In this document: in pieces, positions 1 to 12,286 of the stretch
Layout of the letters: each line of letters starts with the position of its first letter
How positions within the stretch are numbered: position 1 is the stretch's first letter
Source: Psilocybe cubensis
Taxonomy: Eukaryota
DNA: 64,000 bases
NCBI GenBank assembly: GCA_017499595.2
Contig: CM039001.1
Location: 992,001 to 1,056,000, forward strand
Direction of reading: 5' to 3'
Translations under genes and position numbers: made by a program
The notes under the pieces: generated by a model
What the model was told of the DNA's origin: nothing
Databases searched by the model: none
Seen by the model: only the letters and a program-made list of their open reading frames with translations

Positions 1-471
1 CTAATGGAAATACTTAGACAGCTACTCAGACTGCCTTATACACTTTGCCGTCAGTGACTATTCCATGTTGTAATTGGATCTTCGCGTTTTTGCCCTCGGC
101 CTGCGAACTATCCTTGTCCATGATGGCTTTTCTAGGCAAACAGGGCAACATATGATGAGCGTCTATGTCCCTGGCAACGATGTCGTGATGCTCCCCCTAG
201 CAGTTGCACAGCCAGCATTCGTATTACTGTAAGTCCCTGTTAGAGAGAGAAACAACACCTACATTGAAAAAGAGCAGTTTCAAATGGCCTGTGAGGATCG
301 TAATCAGTGGTCGGTGCTGTGCTGCACATGACGTGCATCCCCATTCTGCACTCGCGTCATGTCAACTCGGCACAGGTTTTCCCATCATGTCCTTGATATC
401 ACACCCTGGCTCGAGTACATGCGCGCCCCGCTTATAATAACGGATGTTTCTTTAGATCAGCTATCGAAACT

Positions 472-2057
472 ATGTCTATCTCAATCATGACCTCTATATC
501 CGAAAGAGACGAACTTCGACGTCCACAGCGACCTCCAGGCCAGCACCCACCTATAACCGAGGACGAATCACTTCCAAAGTACGATGTCGCTGTCAGTAGA
601 AGGTACTGTCCTGCCTCGTCCGTGGGATGCTGTCCTGTGCTGATTATGAAACAATCAAATCCATCTACATCTTGTATTATCCTTAATGATGTTCCATCCC
701 TCAAGCAATTCTCAAGGAACAAGCAGCAGTGTTCATTTCCCAAGCAGTACATATGATGATTATAGACACGGGAGCCCATTAAAGTGAGTGTTAACCTTTT
801 AGATGTTGTTTTCGAAATCCATGCCTCAACGATCGTCTACAAGTGTGTCGTCCTCTACCAGACGACCACTCAGGCCTCTGCCGCGCCACGAAAGATATGT
901 GTATACGTACCGTCTAGTCGCCAACCAGGCTCCCTTGCAATTCATGATCTCGTATGCATTATTGTTCTCTGATCCGCTTTACCCAGATTCGCTTATGATT
1001 TTTATGTATGCGGTATCACACAGAGTTGAACCAGAATCAGGGAAAGCCAGGCCTGGAAAATATACCTTTCGCCTTTCATTAAAAGCCAACGGCATAGAGC
1101 GGACATTAAGCGAACCCACGACGAGGAATCTCAAGGTGGATCCACGAAAATTGGATTTCATAGTCTTGTGCGTTTTTTCCTGCAAACCACCATCGAATAC
1201 CAATCATTCAATGCACCTCCTCTCTTCACTCCCACACACCCCATGGACCACAGCATCTTTCCAGGAAAATCGGGTTTACCGTCAGGCTCGCTTTGGTCGG
1301 TCCGTGTATGGCTTCGAGTCAATTCGGTCGATCATCGGCTATTTGGTGACGATGACTTATGGATAGCAAAGGATCCCGACTTCAACTCGATCGGAGATGC
1401 TTCATTTGCCCGGCAGAGAAGTGTTGAGGCTGGAGAACAGGTTTACAATACATACGTGGGAAGAGCTTTGGTGACTTTTATTATAAAGTGCGTATTATAC
1501 GTTTTCTTTGCAGATAATCGATCTTGGGGCTAACTGACCGCAGGTGGAAACCTGTCGGAAGCAAAACATTTTCATATTCAATGGAATATGAGGCGAATGG
1601 AGTAGGAGATATCCTGTTTGAGGATTACAGATTGCGTCTTGATGGAGATCCCAGAGGTCTAAGCTTCCTCATTTTGTGAGTCCTCACTTTGGTTTCCACC
1701 ATCGCAATGGCTCATCCAGCCGAAAAAACCAGCACGACACCAACCAACTCGATCCCTGCCGGAGCATCTCACAAACTACGTGTTTGGCTACGTAGCTTGG
1801 TCCCTCTCCCCGCTTCCGATCCCTCGACATCTTACGTTCTACCTTTCAACGATTCTTTCATCTATCAAAGGATATGGAAGTGCGACAACTTTAAAATGGG
1901 CGCACGGCTCGACTTTGAATCTCTAGGCCCAAAAATGATCATGGGATTCTCATCCGGAGTGCCTGAAACTATTATCACTCAAAATCCATCCACAGTCGAC
2001 GATCTTACCAGTCCAAAATCAATGTACAAAGAAAAACGAGACGGTTATGATTTCTGA
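472..2057 (+). CDS. Multi-exon hypothetical protein (beta-rich, unknown function)
   Basis: Consecutive + strand ORF fragments (472.., 803.., 1168.., 1689..) can be joined by GT..AG introns into coherent protein (…GKYTFRLSLKANGIER…SLWSVRVWLRV…HKLRVWLRSLV…); stop at 2057. Exon structure near the 5' end uncertain. Confidence 0.6.
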
Positions 2058-2395
2058 ATTTTTGTGCGGTTTTGCATCGCATTTGTATGATTTTATATTT
2101 TCCTTCATGACTGTATGATGACATTTCGGGGTTTCAATTTACATTTGTTTCTAGCCAATACCAACTTACCAAGTACATGTAATTGTGTTTCTAATTTTGT
2201 AGTATCATTATTGTATAACTTCTATCTTTATTGAAAGTACACGGAATAATAGACTGACATCGGACTGTGTCCCTTCATATAGGCTAGAAGCACAACAGGA
2301 TGATGAACAATAGTGTTCCGGAGACCCCATGATTACGCTCGAATGACGGCTTGGTTGCATCGCTGGCGGCGAAACAGAAACATGAGGCTAGCAGT

Positions 2396-3297
2396 CTAAA
2401 TCTGCTGGGAGAAAAAGTCCTTCCAATCTCTATCTTCCCACGAGCTCTCAATCTTGGATTGGTACAATCCGTCCCACAGAACAGTAGGAGACACGTGAAC
2501 TCCATTCTGCCTTGAGAATTTGACTGAAATAAACCGTTACAATGAAATATATTTGTCTAGTGGGAAACGCACTGTTGTACTTCAAGTCATCAGTGACGGC
2601 GTTACCACCGTTTGGAGAACCTTTGAAAGCAAGAAGATCTTTGAAAGCTTCAACTTTATCTGCGGGGAGAACCTCTGCTGCGAGCTTGGCCAAATTATCA
2701 CGGACTTGTCGAGTCGTCAAATCTTGGGTAGGAATGTCAAAATATTCTTCCTGGTGCTTGTAGAGCTATAAGGATAAAGTTTATTATGATTATATGCGCG
2801 CATCAAGGATCAAATAACGTACATTAAGGCTGAATGCCCAGAAGTTCTCAGGGGAAACGCGTAGAGCCTTTTGATAGTGTCATTCCTCAATCAGTGGGTC
2901 TGCAAATACTCGACAAAAAACACGTACAGCAAGTCCAGCCTCGTTTGTGAGAGTCGACATGGCATGCCACGGTTGAACCTGGAAACGGTATATAACCTGA
3001 ACTTTGCCCTCGTATGGCCCACCGCGTTCAATGAGGGGCTTCAAGATCTTGTCTATCTTGAACGCCATTTTGGCACTATCATAGGGGTAAATAGGGGCCA
3101 ACTTAGTACGCGTTTCCCTTGCATATCAGAGTTGATGTCAGTCTTCACCTATATGGGCAGACATAATCCACTGTGTAACATGTTTTAGACATGACCTATG
3201 ACTATTTGAACAGATGCTCACAGAAGACATCTATGGTATGCAACGCGCCAGAGCTTCCAAGAATGGTTTGAGCGCGTAGAGAGGGTTGTAGAGCCAT
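2396..3297 (-). CDS. Thioredoxin-fold (DsbA-like) conserved fungal protein, spliced
   Basis: ATG at 3297 (MALQPSLR…HTIDVF); exons give SAKMAFKI…VQPWHAMSTLTNEAGLA…NGGNAVTDDLKY…RQNGVHVSPTVLWDG…WKDFFSQQI*. The QPWH and SPTV motifs are typical of the fungal DsbA-like family. Confidence 0.75.
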
Positions 3298-3662
3298 GCT
3301 TGTTGGAAAATGATGTGAAAGCGAAGCACAAAAACAGATGAGGCTGGAATTGAAGGCTTATATCGTTGTTGTTGTTGTCTAGAAACTAATCTCGTGCCAA
3401 TGCAATCATCTCTTTGAAAGATTGCCTAACACACTCGACTTACGTCAAAGCTCACTAATGAGGAGCGCGTTTTCACGTGATCTTTTTGTTGGCAAGCACG
3501 GACAAAGTAAATGAGACCGATGACACGAACTGGCCAATCAAGCCATAGCAAGATAGATTCTCCTTCAATTATATACCTTCAGTTTGTAGCCGAATACAAG
3601 GTAAAGCTCTTTCCCAATGGAATTCGGACTCGTCTTACATATCTCATCCAGCTTAGCATATT

Positions 3663-5405
3663 ATGCCGATGGATTTCTCTACGTTTCTCGTGCAACTGAA
3701 CGACGCGATCGTATACGAGAACGGTCCAAATCTAGCATTTCTGCTCCGTCCTACGAGCCCCCACGGGAAGGACCTAGTGAAAGAGTTTCGGAATCCAACA
3801 GTAAGTCTCCAGCCGATTCAATGCGCCTTGTTCTGTCTGAGGAATCTAATGTGTGCAGCGCGCATCGTTTAGCCGGTATGAAGGATCGATGCAGAGTCCC
3901 TGGGACGAGATTGCCATCCAATATGTTCTAGTGTGCACCCATGTGGCGAAGAAACGGTCCCTGGAAGCATTCAAGGAAGAGGCCCAACTTGTATCGTCAG
4001 TACCATGTCAAACTAATCATCTTTCACTTTTCTCACCTTATCCGAACAGACTGTTTTTCAGATTCTTTACAGAAACCCCTGGTTGGACATTACCTGCCCT
4101 CTGCTCCATATTGCGTGACCTCCGCGATCTGGCCATCGATGTTAGTCTGTTTAAATACTTTTAATCTATATCCATGTCTAATGTAGCCGACCAGGCCGAC
4201 CATTATGCCAAATACAACAACCAGAAGAGTGAATGCATGGAAGAGTCAGCAAGGGTCATTGCAAAAGCTTTCAGTTATTGCGTGATGGACAGGCGAGTTC
4301 TTCCTTACATCTTTCAAGTAATTCAGCATTAAATCCTTCCTCAGACAATCACCACTGGAGCAGTCACGGAAGTGGGGTGTATACTATCTAGTCGGTTTGG
4401 TGATGAAATGCTACTTTCGGGTGAGTCTGGTGCAGGATTCTGTAACTGAATATCACTGATTCCATCCCATTTTTATAGATCAAACGAATATCCCTCTCAA
4501 AAAATATCTTACGAGCTTTAGAAGCCAACAACGACATTCCCGCGTTATCCCTCTACCCGAGAGCTCATCAAGTGAGTTTCTTTCAACAGAATGGCGGTTT
4601 ATTGATCATATGCGCGAAAGGTCACTTATAGGTATTATATTGGCATGCTAAGTTTTCTGAATGAAGAGTTTGCCAAGGTCAGTTTTTTGGTCATTTTCCT
4701 ATGCTAAAGCTGATGCGACTCATTCAGTCTGAAGAGCAACTAACCCTTGCTTTCTATAATTGTCATGTTGATTCACATTCCAACCAGGAGTATGTCTAAG
4801 CACCTATTGCCTCTGTCTATTTGCTGAATATTTTCTGCAGGCGCATTCTAGCTCATTTGATACCTCTTCGTATCTTGAAAGGTCATCTTCCGTCAACTGA
4901 ACTAATGAAGCGATTCCCTGTTCTCGACGAGCTATTCTCTCCTTTCATTACAGCCATTAAAAAGGGCGACATCAAATCCTATGACCAAGCACTCGAGGCT
5001 TGGGAGACGCGTCTATTGGAACTCAATCTTTGGCTCTCTCTGGAGAAGGCACGCGAGCTCTGTCTGCGGAGTTTGTTCCGAAGAATGTAAATGCCGTCTC
5101 CTATGCGATTTTTGCCGCTGATTGGCTGAACTTTTCTCCACTCTCACTGACCGACACTCCTTTGTATGTTTAGGTGGGTTGCTGTGGACAAGGGAACACG
5201 ATTGCCCATATCACTATTCCATTCCGCTTTAACTGTTTCCGGTCTCGACGTGACGGATGATGAAGCGGAATGTCTGGTCGCCAATTTGATCTTCAGAGGC
5301 TTCATACGCGGGTACATCAGCCACGAGAGGAAGATGGTCGTCCTTGCGTCGACAAATGCCTTCCCGCCCGTGGCAGACCGGCCCTCGCCTCTTTCGTCCA
5401 TCTGA
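3663..5405 (+). CDS. CSN12: PCI-domain protein CSN12/PCID2 (Thp1-like), multi-exon
   Basis: Spliced motifs SRKWGVYYLVGLVMKCYF, YPRAHQVTYRYYIGML, EAECLVANLIFRGFIRGYISHERKMVVL…AFP (winged-helix end of PCI). Includes a GC-AG intron 4293-4344. Confidence 0.9.
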
Positions 5406-5852
5406 ACATCAGCACATAGCCACCCCAATCCACTGTTTAACGATGAAAGCGCGACAGTTGGGACACAATGAGGATCAATTAGGACGAAGATTCAAAATTA
5501 TTCTAATTCCTCTGATGGAATAACCTTGCCATTTCTAATGATGGCTTTTTGTTAAGTATAACATTTCTATCATTATTATACACTTTCTATTTCATCTGGA
5601 ATTAATCATTTTCCGCGTCATTTGTCTTCTATAATTGTGACATGACCAACACTTGAAACAATTCGTCCAGAAAAGGCAACGCCATTGCCACTAATGGAAA
5701 AAAGATCTTTTTTTACAATTTGTGTAAGAAATGTATTATCCAGCGCCCAGATCACTGATTTTATAGATGTACAATACGGTTGAAAAGATAATCATGGTAA
5801 AGAACGAAGAAGGGTATCTTATAATCACACAGAGAGAACAGGCATACTATGA

Positions 5853-6502
5853 TCAAACAACAGCCGGGGTGCAAGAGGAGCTCTCCCCAAGCAACCCAGT
5901 CGCATCCGCAAAATTGAACGCGGGGGATTCCATAGTCCATCCGGCGGTCGTCTGAGGCGGCAAAGTGAGAACACGATCCTTACACTCGCGATCCCTGGTG
6001 CGCAGTATTCATAGGTCAGCATTATGGTCGAGAAGGAAAACGCAGACCCCCGTCTACCTGTATATGGTGCACGACGAAGGCTGGCAGAACCTGGTCGTCG
6101 CAATCGGGTTACCAGACTCGTCGCGTAAAGGCACACATTCTCCATAGCGCATCGCCATTGGTTTGTCCGCATTCTCATACTGCCCCACCGCGAACTGTCA
6201 AAATTCGATGACCTCTCAAAGTCAGTTGGAATGCAGGAGGTAAAATCAGATTTGAGTAAAGGGATGATCCTCACAGTCTGCATGTTGTCCGCGGGATCTT
6301 GGATGGCCGCCCTGCACATGTCTGCCTGTTCTTTGGCCTTTGACACATCGATAGGCGCTAGGACCTGAGGCTTCAGGCCACTAGCTAACTTCGAGGGCGA
6401 CAAACCTCCAGGACTCGGGGGCAATGTCAACATCCTGTTTGATAGAGCGAACGCGGCTGACACAGAAACGAGACAGATGAAGGCAGCACCGAAGAACTTC
6501 AT
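5853..6502 (-). CDS. Small secreted Cys-containing protein (3 exons)
   Basis: Signal peptide MKFFGAAFICLVSVSAAFA; after removing two GT-AG introns the frame reads …MCRAAIQDPADNMQT/FAVGQYENADKPMAMRYGECVPLRDESGNPIATTRFCQPSSCTIYR/DRECKDRVLTLPPQTTAGW…SSSCTPAVV*; six Cys in the mature part. Confidence 0.7.
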
Positions 6503-7358
6503 GACACGATTGCGAGTGATAATTGGTTTTTTTAACGTTGCTGGTGATAAATATGAAGCAGTGGGGGTAATGTGCAAAAGATAGGCCTATAAGCGTGAAT
6601 GTTGATGGTTCGGATGAATGAATAGTAGTCGGGGATGCTTGAAACGAAGTCCAGATTTAATAAGACCATGACGAGTGTGCTTTTACACTTGTTATCACAA
6701 CGGAGGCTGACGATTTGCAATCCTTTTGCATTACCAATGGTACTGGTCCAGATCAATGCGTCGGTCGGGGAGAATTGACATGAATCATGATCATATATTC
6801 GGAAAAACACAACGCGGTATTCGACTCGGTTCGACAGTCTTACTATGTACATGCGTATTTCGAATAGGTTGAGGGGGTCCGTTTAACCTGGCATGAGCTA
6901 GGCGGTTGAAGGCAGAGGACGGAGAGGAGGTGAGAATAAAGCGGGCACTCCAATGGCTAAAAAAAGCTCAAACAATGAAAAGCCAATGTAAAAAGCCACT
7001 ATACACGGAAGTAAAAATTGTAGGAACAGGAGAGGCCGAATGTAAAAATGAGATACTCAATTTAAACACGCAGAACACGGGAAGGTGATGTCGGAGATGT
7101 TGCGAGAGAAGGGGTAAAGGAAGGTAGGGATACGGTTGTAACGTGAGTTGAAGTAAATGGACAAAGATGGAAAAATGAAGAGCCAAAGACAGGAATGCAA
7201 GTATGTATTGGTGTTGTACGAGTTGATGCAATGTGTTGGGAGGTGTTGATGAAAGAAATACATAGAATGAATCAGACAGAAGTGAACAGGTGAGAACACA
7301 ATGGATGGATAAGAAAACAATGCAGAAATGGTGAAAAACTCAAAAGACTCGAATAAAA

Positions 7359-8784
7359 TCAAGCCTTAGGGTTTAAATCCCCATATGCTGGCAACAGTCC
7401 TTCATCTGGTGAAATATCCAATTTGATTCTGCCCGTCGTCTCCCTTGAGGCGCTCCTCTGCTGATGGTGGCTATGACTCCTCCTATGGTGGTGGTGGTGC
7501 CTCCTCCCATGTGAACTGGAGTACGAGTGTGAATGTGAGTGGTGATGTGACCTCGGTCCTGCAGCTGCGGGTGATGTCGAGGGCACCCAAGCCTCTGTTG
7601 CTTGCTCCTGCAGTTCAATTGGTAATGTATGGCGGGGTACGGGCGCATATACAAGGTCATCTGCGCGCCCGCTTTCCAGGTCCCCGCTCAAACTTGCATT
7701 AGCAATGCTACAGCTTGGCAACACGTATATGCGCTGCATCTGGTGTGCAGACGTTGAATTTGAAACTGTTGACGATGCCTTTGAGTCAATCATTGATATA
7801 CACGATGCAGAGTGCGCTGTAGGGCATAATGGACTGCGTTGGTGGTGATGATGTTGGTAGCGCGTCAAATGCGAGTAATAATTTGATACTGCAAGCAGGA
7901 AATGCAACTATAGTTTTGTTTCAGGATCAAGAGAAAAGAGGGTTCATCAGTACGCTTGGACAACTCGGAGGTTCGAAATGAGCTTGAGGCGAGGCTTGCA
8001 GGGTCGCATATGACATGAGACAACAAATAAGAAGGTCCGGAGACCCCGAAAATGCCAAAATGGCACTGAATGGTCAAGTACGAGGGCAGAAGGCATAAGC
8101 CGATGCACCAAGTAGAACAGAGAGTTCTCAGAGAACAGAAAGGAGTCTTCAGAAGGGTATATATGCGGGTGCAAAGGAAGCGAGAAGCAAAGACAGATAG
8201 CCGACACGCTCATAGCCAAATGAAGAGAAGAAAACTCACGCGGATGATCATGACTACAAAGATGACAGCAAGACCGGCATAAACTGCTCGCTCAATCCAC
8301 AGCTCGCAGTTCTCGAGGCTGAGACCAATCTCGAGCATATCGCGCATGAGCTCTGGGTGGTGAGAAAATTCTTCGCAAACGCCTGCACGAGCCGGGCCTA
8401 GGAATGCACCGTATGTAGCGAGGGCAGCAAAGAAAGCACAGAAGGAAAAGTCAGCGATGGAGTAGTCGCGGTAGAATCGAACATGCGAGGGTTTATGCTG
8501 TTGACGAGTGAGTATATGCGCCAAACATGGAGAAAAAGAGGACGGACCTTGAGAACACCGTGGAAACCAACAGAGCAAACGGCTGCTGCTGAGGCGAAAT
8601 ACAAGCAGAGAAGGGCCCAGATGAACTTGAGACCAGTAAGCTGCCATTTATCGCCCGAGAGCTCCCACTCGCTCTCTGGCTCCCACTTGAGAGAGGGCCA
8701 TACAGCGAGGACCTGGATGGTGAGTGCGCTGTTTGTGACGGCGCCGAAAAGGGTGATAAGAGCGGAAGCGGTCCTGTTGTGCAT
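7359..8784 (-). CDS. Four-TM (tetraspanin-like topology) membrane protein with His/Ser-rich tail
   Basis: MHNRTASALITLFGAVTN…, FIWALLCLYFASAAAVCSVGFHG, FSFCAFFAALATYG, loop CEEFSHHPEL…ENCELW, AVYAGLAVIFVVMIIR; tail ends LLPAYGDLNPKA*. Confidence 0.7.
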
Positions 8785-10765
8785 GGTGGTCGGAGAACAA
8801 GAGGGACGGTCAGAGACAAAATGGCTAGATGGAAAGGGGAGGGGACGCTTACCAAGCTGCGCCGCGTCGTGCCATGGACGGAGAGAAGAGTGTGTAAGGA
8901 CGGAAGACGAGCAATCCTGCTTTGTCAATCACTCTGCCGACTTTCCCACGTTCTCGGCATTCACAATCCCTCCGTGCTCATGGCCCCGAGTGAGGTGACC
9001 CACCACAAGTGTACCCGACTCTCTTTGCTTGATGACGACTGCCCAGCCTATATCCCAGCGATCTCATCAACTCATCATCCATTTCAATTTCAAACGTACC
9101 GAAGGATGACTCGACGACGGTCACTTTTTTTTCGTAAGTAGTACGTACTGTGGAGGATGAATCAGCTTCACTTGGTCACCGTCTGTGCTGATTCTGTGGT
9201 TTTGATTATCACCTGTGACCGTGTCTTTTTTAAAGTCTCAAGATAACCGCAACCCGAATAATATCAATTGCTAAGCCTCAAAACTACGACCTGAATATTT
9301 TGTAGCAAATATACGGCGTTGATGCCAGCCGCAGCGATTGTGCCCAAATGCAGGTTCTCCGTCTTGCGTCTGCTCACCAAGCACCTCTGTTGCTATTTCA
9401 GAACCAGGTATGGCCGTTTCTAGCTTTTGCACTTTTCCAGAAGAGCATGTATGGTAACGTTCGTGAATCTCAAACATAAGGCTCTCTATAATAGGATAGC
9501 GCTAAATTAAATATTGTCGATGACCACGACTGACACGTTATTGTTTTGTTTGAAGAGACGGATAACTTAAAAGTTTAGAAATATTTATCTTCAAAAACTC
9601 TGATGCTCCGCTGATGTCGAGGTCCATACAGATATCATATACTTCTGACTGAGCGGTACAGCGCTGTGCGTTATTTGATACCTTGTACGATACTTTTTAA
9701 TCTGTGCGGGACTTCATTCGCTGCGCCTTCGTCCCGTAAACGTAGAACTAGAAAAATGATCTATTTTTAGTTCTGTTCTATTTTTGAACGAACTTTCGTT
9801 CTATGAGCGCTAATAATCAAGAGTAGCAACTACAGCGGAATGGGTACTTCGCTAAACAGTTCTTAGTTGGATACTAGTGAATATTATGTGATAATAGGTT
9901 GAAGTAAATTCAGTTCTAAAAGAGAGAATGCACCTTCCAGGCGTGGGTTTCAATGGCAGTTTTCTGATATCATCAACCTTACGAAGACAATATACATGAT
10001 GCAGATAACACGGAGCTTTGATAATCTAGAGCTCCCTTTGCTAAGTTTTTCTCCGCCCACTTAGGTACTGATCTTTTAGATCTTTTAATGGCATATGCGA
10101 GAGTTTGACTCACATTCCTAGTATGTCGACCCTTGCTGATGTGCCTGATGACTGAGGTTGCGGATCGACTCGCAAGACTTACATTTGGACTACATTGATG
10201 CAAGAAGTCTACAGAAGTCTACTATAATACTTACTGCAGAGCGCAAAATGGCCGTTTCCGGAACTTTATCTTTCAGATGCTTGGCGTTATCCTATGTCGG
10301 CAATTTTGAATATGCCTGCCTGGGTCAGGAAGGTTAGATGTACAGGAGTATTTTGCAATCTAGTCCCTTCATCTGAGAGCTGGAATAGTGATTAGCAGGC
10401 TTACGAAGAACATCCGGTACGAATAATTTCCTCGTAGGTATCCTTTTTCGGTACACTGATAGATAATCGGCCATCGTAGATGTTTGCAAAGCATGAATAT
10501 GCATTGTAAATAAAAAATATAAACAGCATGCAGAGTATGGAAAGTTCAACGACAAAGCAAAATGTAGATCGAGAAGCCAAACTAAAGGCCTGTGTTCTCC
10601 ATAAGTAAGTTTGGTATACATACAATGTATCACTCGCAACAAAAATCTATCCTGTCATACATTAATAAAATACACTCCACATCACAATCCTAACGCAGAA
10701 TACTGATATCTTGAGTCGTCGTCGCATTCATCGAAAGCAAATTAAAGCGAGCCTAAAGTCGCCAA

Positions 10766-12007
10766 TTACTTCTTATTCTTGCGCTGCCTGGCGCTTGTTC
10801 GTCTCGGTGCAGGAGCTGAGGCGTCAACTTCGCTGTCAGTGTTGGGAGCAGACTTCTCGGCCGCAACGACTGGCGTGGATGCTTTTGGAGGCGGTGCAAT
10901 GGGTTTAGATGCGCGAGCTTGAGCTTTGGCTTTAGCTGCTTTCTCAGCCTCTGCTTTCTTGACCGAAGGTCGGTGGAGGAGACTTATAATAAGAGACCCG
11001 ACACCTCCCGAAATCATTACCATCATCCATTTCGGGATGCGGACTGCGTAGTTGTAAATTTTGGTGAACCAAACCGCCATGAACTCCATGATGAATTCGC
11101 TGTGGGATGTGCCTGGTTAGTTTCAATCCAAAAAATTAGGTCTTGAACTCACTTTTTGCCTCCAGGAGAGAAAGAACTTGACCATGGTTTGGTGTATTGC
11201 CAGCCTTCAACTTTGAGGAACTCGCGGAGGGCATCTGCGCGGAGGCGGATTTGGTATGGGCGATAGAACCGTAGGCTCTGGCCACGGTCTTTCAGGATAA
11301 CAAGATATGGTGCTCTGGAGAATATAGATTAGTGCTGGTTGGCACGAATACAAGTTGATACATACTGCCAGATACCCCATTTTGTGGTTATTGCCGTAAC
11401 GTTGAGATAATCAATACGGCCCCATTTGACGTTAGGAAGATCGCCAGCAATTTGTGTTTGATTAAAGGCATCGTCGAAGACTTCGTCCATGAATTTGGAG
11501 ACGCCCTCTTGTCTTGAAGCAGTTACAGTACTATCGTTCAGAATTTAGCGTGCAAACCAGCAGCATATAGGCAATACATAATACATACATGACAAGGACC
11601 CACACTCTGTCCTCGGCTTCTTGTTCTGTCAGAGGTTCGTTGACGATCAAGTCCTGGTAGTTGTCGTCTGTGATAAGCGGTACTCGCTCGTCCCATAGTT
11701 TGACGTTGACCACAGCATTGACTCTCTCTGTGATATTGATACCGAATGTGTTGAACAGGGCCACCGCAGGCTCCGAAGTCAACAGCTTATCGATGCTGAA
11801 TAGACTGGAGAAGCTGAACGGGGTTGCCTTGGGGGGTTGCGCACCAGCTTGCGTTGTCTGAGACGGCTGGGGCACATACGTGGCGGATGCAGCCTGGGTC
11901 TCGCGCTGCACCTGTTGTCCAGGCTTCCAGCCTTCCGAGAAATATGCATCTGCGCTGCACGAGCCGACTGCGAGGGCAAAGATAGCGAGACTGCGAGACA
12001 GCCGCAT
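10766..12007 (-). CDS. ER membrane thioredoxin-like protein without CXXC (TMX-like), spliced
   Basis: Signal peptide MRLSRSLAIFALAVGSCSA; LITDDNYQDLI…WVLV…WGRIDYLNVTAITTKWGIWQAPYL; C-terminal TM and lysine-rich end RKNKK*. Confidence 0.7.
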
Positions 12008-12286
12008 GATGGTGGTTGGGGGAGAAGGAGTGAATACGGGAGTCAGAGTCGTGTGTCTTGCGTGTGCCTCAGCACGCGTCTCCCTTTTGTTGTGTGAAAT
12101 GTCGAGCGCATGTCAAGCGCGATATCCCATTTTGAGTATTGCACAGCCACCCATCAACGCTGGCCGCTTGGCACTGCAGTCGGCGTTAGCAAACGACTGC
12201 CACATACTTTCTAGCGCTCTCTTCTTCTAGCACATCACGGGCCTCTACCCTGCTCGAGACCGCCACGTCTCGCACCCAAGGATATA

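Noticed and set aside
6900-7360. Hydrophobic minus-strand ORFs in a purine-skewed stretch
   Set aside because: Consistent with the pyrimidine-rich 3' UTR of the 7359-8784 gene; low-complexity translation.
9743-9775. Imperfect inverted repeat AGAACTAGAAAAAT…ATTTTTAGTTCT in AT-rich intergenic DNA
   Set aside because: Short, imperfect and AT-rich; no TSD or second end found.
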